A stretch of DNA of 56,448 nucleotides from positions 1 through 56,448 of the IMG/VR virus record IMGVR_UViG_3300030098_000047. One strand, given 5' to 3'. Source of the stretch: a virus (Duplodnaviria > Caudoviricetes). This document shows positions 28,961 through 38,877 of this stretch, in pieces. Numbering within the stretch: the stretch's first letter is position 1; each line of letters starts with the position of its first letter. The notes beneath the pieces were generated by a model that searched no databases, was not told the DNA's origin, and saw only the letters and a program-made list of their open reading frames with translations. The translations under genes and the position numbers were made by a program.

Positions 28961-29904
28961 TATGAAACAACTCCACCCATAAAGTTAGCTGAACCTCTAG
29001 GAGCAATAATAACTGTAGATCGTACATACTCATATTTGTTAATAAGTAAGCTTTGCATATTTTTAATACCTTGTTCAAATCTTGCAAAGTTTAATTGATA
29101 TTGTTGTGTTTCACCTCTATACTGATAAACAAAAGCAGCAGCACCATCTACAATTACAGGTGCAAATCTGTCTGGAATACTTGTAGTATCACCATGTGCA
29201 GACAAATCAGATGTAAATGTAAAATAATCAAATATAAGTGTGTATTGTTTATCAGGATAAGGATACAATAAATAATTATTATCTGGTGTTCTAACTATGT
29301 TTCTAGGAATACCACCACCATCAAACTGTGTTACTGTAGTACCATTTGCTATTGCTGCTGCTGTGGTGCTATTTGCACCTCTAGTACATCCTGTAAAATC
29401 ATTACCTGATATACCTGTATAAGTTATTTGCTCTCCACCTATATGTAAAGTTCCTGTTGAACTAAAATCCGTTGTAGATGCAACAGTTATTGTTGTTACA
29501 GATGCAGATAATCCATCTGTTGCATTAATAGTTGTTGACGCAACATCGTCTTCTTCATTAGGATAACCTTTTTGTATATATTCATTATAATTAAGAATTA
29601 CTAAATTATTTCCTGCTGCACTAACATCACTATCTTTTTTAATTCTAGCAGTAGCATAGTCAATTGATTTAGCATCTGTAGGTGCAGTATATCTACATAC
29701 ACCTGGAGTTAATGTAGATGTATTCTGTGCATGATTAAAAGAGTAACCAAACTCTCTTTGATTTATATAACGTATAGCCTCATTAACAGCATTTTGACAT
29801 TGCACTTGAACTCCCCTAGCACTAGTAAAGTTAGTAGAAGTAAGTGTTACTTCATTCATGCGTGTAATTACATCGTTAGTTAATGAGAGAAATGTCAAAG
29901 CCAT
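28960..29904 (-). CDS. Tail tubular protein A / head-tail adaptor-like protein
   Basis: TFLSLTNDVITRMNEV..AVNEAI and LYPYPDKQY..Y motifs; position after the capsid genes. Confidence 0.7.
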   Translation of the reverse strand: MALTFLSLTNDVITRMNEVTLTSTNFTSARGVQVQCQNAVNEAIRYINQREFGYSFNHAQNTSTLTPGVCRYTAPTDAKSIDYATARIKKDSDVSAAGNNLVILNYNEYIQKGYPNEEDDVASTTINATDGLSASVTTITVASTTDFSSTGTLHIGGEQITYTGISGNDFTGCTRGANSTTAAAIANGTTVTQFDGGGIPRNIVRTPDNNYLLYPYPDKQYTLIFDYFTFTSDLSAHGDTTSIPDRFAPVIVDGAAAFVYQYRGETQQYQLNFARFEQGIKNMQSLLINKYEYVRSTVIIAPRGSANFMGGVVS

Positions 29905-29920
29905 AATATTTCCTTAAATG

Positions 29921-29958
29921 TAATAAAGGGGCTACTATTTTATTAGCAGCCCCTAAAG
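29921..29958 (-). terminator. Terminator-like hairpin after the capsid operon
   Basis: On the - strand AGGGGCTGCTA-ataaaa-TAGTAGCCCCT followed by TTATT, just after the stop at 29960. Confidence 0.7.
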
Positions 29959-29959
29959 T

Positions 29960-30496
29960 TTATGCTAGTAGATCACGATCTACTTCAGTTGGTGCTACAC
30001 GTCCTCTGACACCTGTGTCAATGCAACATGCAATAACACGTAAGATACCAGATGTAACATCTGCAGAAGAAGCAATTAATTTAACATCAATTGTATCTGT
30101 AGTTGTTACGTGTGCTGTAAACGTATCTGCTGCTGCAGTGTTTACCACCATAGTTTGACCATTTGTTCCACCTGCTAAAAAACCTGTAGAACTAACGTCA
30201 CCACCATCAACAATATCATCACCTGCTGCAAAATCAATATCTACAGTTGGAGATGATCCATTAAAAGCAGTCTCAACTTCAGCACCTGCAAACAATACTA
30301 ATGTATTAGCAGGAATTTCTAGAAGTTGAAAGATATCCCCATCTGCACAGGAATATCCGTCTTCAACCATTTTAGCAATGTCAAGACGTGCTTCACGCAT
30401 GTACATTCCCATTGCTTGATGGCGTGAGGTTGCTGCTGCGATGCTATTAGAATCTACACCAACAGTAGCTTTTGAGGTCATGTCATAAGTAGCCAT
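29960..30496 (-). CDS. Minor capsid / decoration (spike-base-like) protein
   Basis: Directly downstream of the MCP with a GGAGG RBS; jelly-roll-like sequence (DIFQLLEIPANTLV..DTIDVKL). Confidence 0.6.
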   Translation of the reverse strand: MATYDMTSKATVGVDSNSIAAATSRHQAMGMYMREARLDIAKMVEDGYSCADGDIFQLLEIPANTLVLFAGAEVETAFNGSSPTVDIDFAAGDDIVDGGDVSSTGFLAGGTNGQTMVVNTAAADTFTAHVTTTDTIDVKLIASSADVTSGILRVIACCIDTGVRGRVAPTEVDRDLLA

Positions 30497-30510
30497 AGTT
30501 TAATCCTCCC

Positions 30511-31584
30511 TTACGCTGCGTTATATTTGGCAGTTGTGATTGCTTCTGGACGAAGAATCTTTCTACCGTATAGATGCATACCACGAACAATGTCAGCAAA
30601 GCTGTCAGGATCACGATATGTTTCTGTCTTATTAATCTGCTCTGCAGTTGCAACAGCAGATTCGTGTCCTGCAACAATCACACCAAAGTTTGAGTTTTGG
30701 TTTGCAGAACCTGAAGTTCCTGAACCTGTACCTACATGAGGAAGGTTTGAAGAAACATACATTCTGAAACCATGCATATTGTTTAGCACTAGACCATTGC
30801 GTAAAGCACCTGATTCACCGTAATCCGCATTTAAGTATCGAGAATCCTCATCTGCTAAAATTTCCATGAATACTGGATCTACTACTAGCCATCTACCTTG
30901 TGAATCAACTTGCTGCTGATCCAACAAACGTTTCATACGATTTATAATCATCGCAGGGGAAACAGTTGCTGTTGGTAAAGCAGTTGCACCTGGTAGACGT
31001 GCTGCTACAGGAATTGAATGATCTCCTGCAGAACTTGTTGTAATATTACCAAAGTCACCTTTCTTCAATTTCATTGAAGTAAGAAGCTCGTCTGAACCTG
31101 CGCTTGCTACAGCTTTTGTACCATTTACTTGGTCATTTACTGTATCAGCATCAGTGTGTAATGCAGACTGTTTAAACCCTGATAAATAACCAAGTACTTC
31201 TTGGTCATATTGATCAGATAGACGATATGCAGCACGATTGCTTGCAAGGTCCATAAAGTTTACATGACTATGGGCTTCTTCTATATCGTCCATTTTAAAA
31301 GCATAATAATTTGCTTTATCAATAACGAGTGAAAAATCCTCATCGTCAAGGTCTTGTGCATTAACCTGTGTTCCACGAGCATACTCGCTCACAGAAATTT
31401 CTGGTTCTTTGATAATTTTAACTGTATCACCTTGGGCAGAAATCTCCCCAAAATAATCAGAGTTAGTTATGTCTCCTACTACGGTAGCTTTGCGAAATGC
31501 AAGTTGTACCTGTTTGGAGTAGATTACTGGCGAGAAATTACCATTAGGTAAATTGCCGTAACCTGCTGCTGATTGAAAAGCCAT
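30511..31584 (-). CDS. Major capsid protein (start corrected to ATG 31584)
   Basis: GGAGG RBS before MAFQSAAGYGNLPNGNFSPVIYSK; GDTVKI; RDPDSFADIVRGMHLYGRKILRPEA. Confidence 0.93.
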   Translation of the reverse strand: MAFQSAAGYGNLPNGNFSPVIYSKQVQLAFRKATVVGDITNSDYFGEISAQGDTVKIIKEPEISVSEYARGTQVNAQDLDDEDFSLVIDKANYYAFKMDDIEEAHSHVNFMDLASNRAAYRLSDQYDQEVLGYLSGFKQSALHTDADTVNDQVNGTKAVASAGSDELLTSMKLKKGDFGNITTSSAGDHSIPVAARLPGATALPTATVSPAMIINRMKRLLDQQQVDSQGRWLVVDPVFMEILADEDSRYLNADYGESGALRNGLVLNNMHGFRMYVSSNLPHVGTGSGTSGSANQNSNFGVIVAGHESAVATAEQINKTETYRDPDSFADIVRGMHLYGRKILRPEAITTAKYNAA

Positions 31585-31800
31585 AATAGTTCCTCCTATA
31601 AAGTTTAGGCTTAAATGTAAGCTAAACATTATCACATAGAGGCTGTACATTTTCTAGGGTGCATATTATTATTAGTTGGCCTACTAATAATTTTATGGGC
31701 CTATACTTATACAGGTAGGTCTTACGTATTGTTTAGTCTATCGAATGATATAATTTATTACTAGGTAGGCATAAATGCGGCTAATAATAATCATATCTAT
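31585..31800 (-). promoter_or_regulatory. Structured 5' leader of the capsid mRNA
   Basis: Several inverted repeats (ATTATTAGT/ACTAATAAT; GTTTAGGCTTA/TAAGCTAAAC; GCAT-aa-ATGC) in a non-coding stretch between promoter and RBS. Confidence 0.55.
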
Positions 31801-31829
31801 AGTTATACCATATTATTTTTATTTGTCAA
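31801..31829 (-). promoter_or_regulatory. Sigma70-like promoter for the capsid gene
   Basis: TTGACA-N16-TATAACT with an extended -10 TG. Confidence 0.75.
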
Positions 31830-31836
31830 TGGTATA

Positions 31837-32715
31837 TTATCGAGCAGAACCAGACATATCATAAATAAATTTGCCAGTTCTTATAGCTTCCATAATTTTA
31901 TCGGAAGCTTTCTCGTATTGTTGCGGTGTCATTTTCGCAATCTGTGATTCTGTAAATGTACCTTCTTTACCATCTACGTTAGGTTCATCACGACTACTAC
32001 GACTATTTACTGATAGTGCAGCATCTTTAGTACTTACAGATTTTTTTGTAGTGATATTCATATCTGCTTTATATAGGTCAATTGCCCTACTTGCAGAACG
32101 AGCATCAGTATCATTTTTATATAGTGCCTCTTGAACCCACTTAGGCTGTTCTTCAACCCAGTTATGGAAATCATCACTATCTCTTATTTCACCAAAATCA
32201 GGATGAGCTTTCATAAGTTCTACTTCTGCTTTTTCTCTTGCAGCCGCAGTTTTCATCTCATCTATTTCTTTTTTAGTATCTTCAAGTCCTTGGGCTTCTT
32301 CACGTGCTTTTTTAATTGCAATTGTTTCTACAATAGCCGCTACATCAGGATACTTTTTTGACCAAGCTTCAATATCTTCATCTGATTTTGGTAGTTTAAT
32401 CTCACTTCTAGTAGACTCTGCTAACTGCTCCTCTAATGCTTTAATACGATTTTCATATTCTTTTTCTTTTGTTTGTTGATGTCGCCTTAAATCACCATAA
32501 CGTTTTTTAAAACTTTTTTCTTCAGCATTAACAGGTTCAGCTTCTTGTGCTTCTACCTCTTCTGTATTTTCTTTATTAGCACTTTCTTTTTCTTCAAGTA
32601 ACTCTTTTAGTTCTTTTTCGTCTTGCTCTATGCGATTTGAGTTAGCACTTTTTCTGTCTACAAATGCAACCTTTTTAGGAGTGGTTACTTCTCCCTCTAC
32701 AGTAGTAGTATTCAT
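31837..32715 (-). CDS. Capsid scaffolding protein
   Basis: Acidic coiled coil with FKKRYGDLRRH and HPDF..I..S.DF..W; lies just upstream of the MCP. Confidence 0.8.
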   Translation of the reverse strand: MNTTTVEGEVTTPKKVAFVDRKSANSNRIEQDEKELKELLEEKESANKENTEEVEAQEAEPVNAEEKSFKKRYGDLRRHQQTKEKEYENRIKALEEQLAESTRSEIKLPKSDEDIEAWSKKYPDVAAIVETIAIKKAREEAQGLEDTKKEIDEMKTAAAREKAEVELMKAHPDFGEIRDSDDFHNWVEEQPKWVQEALYKNDTDARSASRAIDLYKADMNITTKKSVSTKDAALSVNSRSSRDEPNVDGKEGTFTESQIAKMTPQQYEKASDKIMEAIRTGKFIYDMSGSAR

Positions 32716-32789
32716 TATAGTTCTTTCTTTCTAGGGCCACCGTAGCCATGTTGGATGGGGGATGGGTAGCTAGTCAAATTGGTGGATAA

Positions 32790-34706
32790 TTATTTTTTAC
32801 GGCTTGCAAGTCCACCTTCTTTAAAGCCTGTGACTTTACCTGTTTCTTTAAATTGTTTAAGTTTCTTTTTTGTAAAGTCCTCATTTTGTTTTTGCTGTTT
32901 TTCCCTTTGTTCTTTTTGATATTTTTTACGTTTTTTTCTTGCCTCTAAAGCTGCTTTTTCTGCTGCTTCTCTTTGATTTTCTATGAAATCTTCTTTAGCT
33001 TTTTTGTGTAAATCTTCTTGTATAGCAGACATAGTATCTAAGTCAAATTCAGATTTAGGTCTATTTGTTCCTGAAACCATATCAGTTTGAACCTGTGGAG
33101 ATTTATCTGATCTAAAAAATCCTCCTAAATCTATTCCTTCTTTTATATCTGGAAATCCAAAACGATCTGATTGTTCTTGATATGGGTCATCACCACTTAT
33201 TCCGCTAGGAAATGCAGCTTTAGTTTGTGTGCCTAAAGCTTTTACCTCGCCACTAGTAATCTTAGCTTTTTTACTTTTTTTAGAACCAAACATTTCTTCT
33301 GCTTGTGCTTTGTCAAACTTAGATAAACCACTAACTGATTTACCTTCTGCGTAGTCTTTCATTTTATTTAATCTATTATTAGTTATTTCATAGTGTTCTG
33401 CAACTCTTGCGTTACCAGATTTAACTGCATTGTCATATGCTTTTGCTTCATTATCTGTTAACAGATTTTCAGCACCTGATACTGTAGATAACGGAGAATC
33501 TGAAGGATCATATAAACGGTCATATGTTTCTGATGTTTCATCAATTCCAGTAAATAAACCAGATAACGAACCTTTTAGATTTTCAAGAAAACCTGCTTCT
33601 ATTTCAGGTATTTCAATTCCTTGTTCAGTCATTAGTTTTTCTAATTGTTTACCATATAATTGAGTGAAACCTCTTCCTACAAGACCTGCAGGGTTTAGTA
33701 TTCCTAAAGCTGTCATTAGTGCTTTTGTTTTTTCATTTTCTATATATAAATTTACAAGGTCTTTTTCTGCTTCTTTTTTATTGCCTTTGTTAAATTTATC
33801 TTTTATATCTTTTAGTTTATTGCCACCTTGATCTCTTACCATATCTTCTAAACGTCTTTTAGTAGCACTAGTATCTTCTCTAACCATAGTAGTTTCGACA
33901 GAGGTACTTAATAAATCGTCAGTAGCTGCATCCTCTGCTGATTCATAATCTTTGAGAGGTATAAATCCATCTGGAATAGGAGTTACAGGTGAACCATTCA
34001 TAAAATTAAAAGTTCTACGTTCTCCTGTTTCAGGATTAATATATTCTCTAGACTCAAAAACTTGATCAGCAGTTTTAAAGAAATCATCATCTGTTGTTCC
34101 TGAAGGTGTTGCAGGTGCTGCAGGTGCAGGAGAGCTAGGTGTATTTGGTGTAAAATCTGGAATTGGTTGACCTACAAATGTAGGAATAAAACCACCTGCA
34201 GGTGCAGGTGTTGGTGTTGGAGGAGTTACAGAACTTGGAGGCACAGCAGGTGCAGCAGGTAATGTTTGACCTTGATATATAGAAGGTTGACTGTTACCCA
34301 TACCTGTAGCAAACATACCTTGATTAGCATATACCATTCCACCACCATACATTTCTCTTGGTTCAGCTTCTTCTGGCCTACCAAGAATAACAAGATCAGC
34401 AGGTCCAAACGGTAGATCATCAGGCATAGTAGCCTCTTCACTATTACCCATCTGCCCCATAGCTTCCATTTGTTTAAGACCCATTTTAGCTTCTTGTCGT
34501 TGTTGCATTAGTTTTTCTAAACCAATAAAACGTGTTACATCAGCAGGAAAAACAAACTCACCTTCACTTAACATAGCAGGTATATCATCACGTACTTCTT
34601 TTTTAGTAGATCCAATAGGCACTTCATTACCAGATACAGGGTCTACAGAACCACCCTCATCTTTTAAACCACCCTCGTTAAATAGTTCCATTTGTTCTTC
34701 ATACAT
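32790..34706 (-). CDS. Virion-associated protein with a DDIPAMLSEGEFV motif
   Basis: FNEGG..VRDDIPAMLSEGEFVFPADV at the N-terminus, Pro-rich linker, C-terminal FKEGGLASRKK. Confidence 0.75.
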   Translation of the reverse strand: MYEEQMELFNEGGLKDEGGSVDPVSGNEVPIGSTKKEVRDDIPAMLSEGEFVFPADVTRFIGLEKLMQQRQEAKMGLKQMEAMGQMGNSEEATMPDDLPFGPADLVILGRPEEAEPREMYGGGMVYANQGMFATGMGNSQPSIYQGQTLPAAPAVPPSSVTPPTPTPAPAGGFIPTFVGQPIPDFTPNTPSSPAPAAPATPSGTTDDDFFKTADQVFESREYINPETGERRTFNFMNGSPVTPIPDGFIPLKDYESAEDAATDDLLSTSVETTMVREDTSATKRRLEDMVRDQGGNKLKDIKDKFNKGNKKEAEKDLVNLYIENEKTKALMTALGILNPAGLVGRGFTQLYGKQLEKLMTEQGIEIPEIEAGFLENLKGSLSGLFTGIDETSETYDRLYDPSDSPLSTVSGAENLLTDNEAKAYDNAVKSGNARVAEHYEITNNRLNKMKDYAEGKSVSGLSKFDKAQAEEMFGSKKSKKAKITSGEVKALGTQTKAAFPSGISGDDPYQEQSDRFGFPDIKEGIDLGGFFRSDKSPQVQTDMVSGTNRPKSEFDLDTMSAIQEDLHKKAKEDFIENQREAAEKAALEARKKRKKYQKEQREKQQKQNEDFTKKKLKQFKETGKVTGFKEGGLASRKK

Positions 34707-34914
34707 TTTTTAGTACCTCATCTCTTAATAATTTAAGTCTACGTAATTGATATATTGCACCTTGTGCTCTATGCATTACAATAGCATTGTCTGTTTGTTC
34801 CATTATTCGATGTTGATCGTTTATTAAAGTATCAAGATACTCTTCAAAATTATGCCATTGGAGGTGGTTGTTGACCAACCCCTTGAGCTTGTTGAGGTGC
34901 TCCCTGTCCTGCAT
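34699..34914 (-). CDS. Small hypothetical protein overlapping the portal 3' end
   Basis: MHRAQGAI..LRRLKLLRDEV motif typical of post-portal genes. Confidence 0.7.
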   Translation of the reverse strand: MQDREHLNKLKGLVNNHLQWHNFEEYLDTLINDQHRIMEQTDNAIVMHRAQGAIYQLRRLKLLRDEVLKNV

Positions 34915-37009
34915 TTCCGCTAAATCCTTGTTCTTGTGGTGTTGGTGCTTGGCCTACGCCTATGTTTCCTCCACCTGCTCCCGATGTGTCCATTGGGTTT
35001 GCACCTGCAGGAGCACCTTGTTCTGCTTGTTCTGCTTGTTGTTCTGCTTGTTGATCCTGTTGAAACTGTTTCATAAGTTCAGCTTGTATTACAGCATCAT
35101 TCATATTGTTAGTAACTTTGTCGGGGTCAAGATCAAGAGACTTTGCAATCTCACGAATAATATATTGAAACTTAGCAAATGGTGCAAGTGCAGGGTTAGA
35201 AGACACTTGCAAAAATTGCATAAGTCTTTGGCTACGTACTTCATTAGCCATAAGAGATTCTGTTCCACGTGCTTTAACTTCTAGATCACCTTTAATTTCA
35301 GGATCAAAGTCAAACTGCATATTAAATTGAAATAGCCCTTCTCCTAGTGGACGTAATAAATAATCATCTACATTTTTAATAACATTTTTTATTGCACCAC
35401 TAGCTGCGCCCATTAGCATACTAATACCACTGGCAGTTCTACCTACACCCATAACACCTGTTTGTCCATGAGCAAAAGAAGGAAAACCTGTAGACTCATC
35501 AGCTAACACTCGTGCCTTGTCAAATAGCTGTAAGTTCTCACCTGCAACATTTGGAAACTTAGTACCAAAGATAGCTTGCCCTGGAGCACCACCTTGTCTT
35601 CTAAATATCTTTCCTGGATATACTGATAAGTCTTGACCTGGAACTAAATTAGTTTCATCTACCTCTATTAATAAATTACCAGATAACACAGCATTATCTA
35701 CAGCCATTCTCATAAAACCATTCATTAGAAGTTGAGTATCTTCCATATTTTCTGCGATACCTATACCAAAAAATGAATATGGATTTAATTCATAGGGTGC
35801 TGCCATGTAAGGTATTTTAGCAGGTTTAAATGGATTAAGAACCATACGTAAAAGTTTACCATTGCAAATCCATATGTTTGCTTGTAGTTCATCCATTTTT
35901 GTTAATTCTTTTGGTATGTCTACGCCTTGTTCTTGCAACATTTCTACATCACACATACCCCAATATTCAAATACTTCAAATCTTTCTACACCATATTCAG
36001 GTGCATAATCTTCTAAATCATTTTCCCAGTATTCTTTACTATAATTTTCTCCAAGAGCAATCGCTTCATCAATTACTGCTGAACGAAAGTATGGACGTTT
36101 TTTTAAATTACGCATTTGAGAACGAGATAATTTATGTCGTTCTATTACATACTGAGCTTCATCTATATTATTTGCATCAGGATCAGGATAAAAATTCCAT
36201 ACAGATACATGCGATACTTGCGGTACAGTTTTAAATGTAGGAGAGTATTCACCTGTTTCATCATTCCAACTAGGATACTCTTTGTCTATAGCAAACGGTC
36301 CTTTCATTACGCCAGTACCAAACAATGCCATTTCAAATGCAGTGCTTCGTAAATGTTTAGATGCAGAGGATTCATCAAGTTGATCTTGTATTTTCTTTTG
36401 CATTTTCTTTGCTGCTATCATAGCAGGACTAAACGTAATAGCTGTAGGTGTACTACCGACACCTTCTTTAACTCCCTCAATCGAGTCTAGTTTTTCAACT
36501 AACTCTGGGTTTAATAATTCTTCTAACGTTTTAGCCGTAGCACCTTTAGGTATCTCTCTACCGTCACCCTTAAAACCATATGGTGATGTTGGATCTTTCT
36601 TTTCATCTTCTTGTAATTCTTTAGGCAAAGCAGGATCAAAAGAGACATTTTCAACTACACCTTCTGGAAGTTCTGTGGGATCAACTGTTAATGGAAAATT
36701 ATTTTTTGCAAATAATACATCTACAATTTGTCCATATGCAGCTAATGTTTTTGTTTTAGTTACCTTAATAAATACACGAGATTTTTCTGCCTCTGTAAAT
36801 TGTACATCAGGTCCATATATACCACGATAATTACGATAAGCTCTCAGCCAACGTTCTTCATCTTGTTTACGATAATCTTCTGCACGATTAAATCGTTGCA
36901 TAACAAATGGAATTATATTATCTGTATCTTTATCTTCTTCTGTAGAATTTTCTGTATCATCAAGAACTACTGCGTCATCCTCAATAAATACTTCATTATC
37001 TTCTGCCAT
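34850..37009 (-). CDS. Portal protein
   Basis: 719 aa following the terminase; WLRAYRNYRG, FGTGVMKGP, WNFYPDP, YELNPYSFFGIG, RTASGISML. Confidence 0.9.
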   Translation of the reverse strand: MAEDNEVFIEDDAVVLDDTENSTEEDKDTDNIIPFVMQRFNRAEDYRKQDEERWLRAYRNYRGIYGPDVQFTEAEKSRVFIKVTKTKTLAAYGQIVDVLFAKNNFPLTVDPTELPEGVVENVSFDPALPKELQEDEKKDPTSPYGFKGDGREIPKGATAKTLEELLNPELVEKLDSIEGVKEGVGSTPTAITFSPAMIAAKKMQKKIQDQLDESSASKHLRSTAFEMALFGTGVMKGPFAIDKEYPSWNDETGEYSPTFKTVPQVSHVSVWNFYPDPDANNIDEAQYVIERHKLSRSQMRNLKKRPYFRSAVIDEAIALGENYSKEYWENDLEDYAPEYGVERFEVFEYWGMCDVEMLQEQGVDIPKELTKMDELQANIWICNGKLLRMVLNPFKPAKIPYMAAPYELNPYSFFGIGIAENMEDTQLLMNGFMRMAVDNAVLSGNLLIEVDETNLVPGQDLSVYPGKIFRRQGGAPGQAIFGTKFPNVAGENLQLFDKARVLADESTGFPSFAHGQTGVMGVGRTASGISMLMGAASGAIKNVIKNVDDYLLRPLGEGLFQFNMQFDFDPEIKGDLEVKARGTESLMANEVRSQRLMQFLQVSSNPALAPFAKFQYIIREIAKSLDLDPDKVTNNMNDAVIQAELMKQFQQDQQAEQQAEQAEQGAPAGANPMDTSGAGGGNIGVGQAPTPQEQGFSGNAGQGAPQQAQGVGQQPPPMA

Positions 37010-37019
37010 TTATTTTTCC

Positions 37020-38666
37020 TTAATATCCAAACGTTGTATCTGCTATTCTCATACCTGTTGATGGTCTACCCATAGGATCATAATCAAATATACTAAAACG
37101 AGGTCTTGACATTATACCATATCTTAAAGCATCATACAAGTGGTCTTCTGCGTTTGTGTCAACATCTTCTGGATTCTTTTTATCTAAAGGTATTGCAGGT
37201 AACTGTGCTATTATCTCTGTACAGTTATTAAAAAATACTAGTCTAGGTTCTTCTGTAAATTCATCTACTTGTAAACGTCTATGTATTTCATTTTTTCCTG
37301 ATACTCTTGATCCTTTTGATCTATCAGAGGGTCGCCATCTACATCCTCTTATAATCATTTGCTCCGCAAGGCTTGGACCTGTATCGCCACGTTTATGCCA
37401 TAAAGAGCTATCCAGTACTCCATATTTAATATTCCCATCACCTACTTCTAAATCTAATACCATGTCAGCTAAATCTGTAGCAAGAACTTTACTTACATAT
37501 AATTCTCTATATACTATTAATTGTTCATTTGGAGCTACTGCAAACCAAATTACACCAGATTTACTTCCATATCCATAATCGCATGCTCTAAACTTTACCC
37601 AGTTATTAGGAATATCAAAAGGTTCAATTACATGTATTTTTCTATCAAACTCTGTAAATGCTGCACCTTCTTTTATATCCCAATCACCATCTAATAATTG
37701 TCTACGCTGTTGTTCTGGTAGTGACAATAGCATTGCTTCGTAGTCACCTTGGCTAGATAGATATGGATTATCAGATAGTCTTGCAGGTATGAACCTACGT
37801 TTAAATAATGCTTTACCTGCTTTTTCGTGACCTGCAGGATATCTTAAAACTTCTCCTGTTTCTATATCTGTTGCTTCAAAAGGTTTATTATGAGGGGCAG
37901 GATCAATAAACATTTTCTTTACCCAGTGATGTCCTCTACCTCCTGGGTTAGTGGTAGCTCTCATATACACTGGCAAATCGGGTGCAGTGGACCGTAGACG
38001 AGAGCGCATGTAGTTCCATGCGAATGGTGAGGGCCATTGAGTCAACTCGTCAAAGCCTATCCAACTAAACGCTAGACCTTGGTAGCGCAGGACATCATCT
38101 TCCCTATCTAGGTAGGACATCCACAACCTCGCTCCAGAGGGCGCAGTCCACTGCATCTTTCGTTCAGACCACTTAATACCCTTCCAAATCTTAGGATACA
38201 TTTCTTGTGATTTAAATATAAGTTCCCTAAGTTCTTCTGTTGTATGTCGTAGTAGTAAACCTGAAAAGTCAGGATGACCCATGTATCTCAAAGGGTCTGC
38301 TAACATTGCATAACTTTTGCCACCACCTGCAGAGCCACCATATAAAACTTCTCGTTCACCTGCAGCTAGAAAATTTGTCTGTGGACCTTCATTAGGTTTA
38401 AAAATAATGTTGTGCTGTTCTTCAACAGGAATCTTCTCAACAATACTAACTGGCTTTGTGATAGCTTTCTTCTTCGTAGGCTTTTGCACCGATACGTTTG
38501 TTTTCAATTTCTTCCGCTTTGGCGATTGCCTTTTTCGCATATTCTGCCCATCTGCGTAGGCTTCCAACTTTGTTTTTTCTTCTTCTTTCATTATCCAACC
38601 GTTTTTTAAGTCCTGCATGAGATATAGATCTACCTGTATTTCTAGATAGCCAATTGGCAACCTCAC
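37020..38666 (-). CDS. terL: Terminase large subunit (start uncertain)
   Basis: Walker A YGGSAGGGKS, Walker B IGFDEL, ATTNPGG, RACDYG nuclease motif and EDHLYDALRY. Confidence 0.95.
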   Translation of the reverse strand: MRLPIGYLEIQVDLYLMQDLKNGWIMKEEEKTKLEAYADGQNMRKRQSPKRKKLKTNVSVQKPTKKKAITKPVSIVEKIPVEEQHNIIFKPNEGPQTNFLAAGEREVLYGGSAGGGKSYAMLADPLRYMGHPDFSGLLLRHTTEELRELIFKSQEMYPKIWKGIKWSERKMQWTAPSGARLWMSYLDREDDVLRYQGLAFSWIGFDELTQWPSPFAWNYMRSRLRSTAPDLPVYMRATTNPGGRGHHWVKKMFIDPAPHNKPFEATDIETGEVLRYPAGHEKAGKALFKRRFIPARLSDNPYLSSQGDYEAMLLSLPEQQRRQLLDGDWDIKEGAAFTEFDRKIHVIEPFDIPNNWVKFRACDYGYGSKSGVIWFAVAPNEQLIVYRELYVSKVLATDLADMVLDLEVGDGNIKYGVLDSSLWHKRGDTGPSLAEQMIIRGCRWRPSDRSKGSRVSGKNEIHRRLQVDEFTEEPRLVFFNNCTEIIAQLPAIPLDKKNPEDVDTNAEDHLYDALRYGIMSRPRFSIFDYDPMGRPSTGMRIADTTFGY

Positions 38667-38877
38667 GATATGAATATTGTTTTATATATCGTTTTGCCTC
38701 TTCAAGCATATTAAGTTCATTTTCAATAGGCTGAAGTATATCTGAATCATCCTTATCTAACTCATATCCGAATGGTATTGTTCTTGATATACGTGGAATA
38801 GCAATCCATTCATTATCTTCTTTTATGTCGGTTGGTTGGGGTAACTTCCACTTTTGTAGAGGTTTAGTCATCGTCAT
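38446..38877 (-). CDS. HTH DNA-binding protein of the packaging module
   Basis: IPFGY and YSYREVANWLS..GRSISHAGLKKR helix-turn-helix. Confidence 0.75.
   Translation of the reverse strand: MTMTKPLQKWKLPQPTDIKEDNEWIAIPRISRTIPFGYELDKDDSDILQPIENELNMLEEAKRYIKQYSYREVANWLSRNTGRSISHAGLKKRLDNERRRKNKVGSLRRWAEYAKKAIAKAEEIENKRIGAKAYEEESYHKAS

Noticed and set aside
31585-31650. 22-aa N-terminal extension of the MCP in the ORF track
   Set aside because: A strong GGAGG RBS precedes ATG 31584, and the extension lies in the structured leader.
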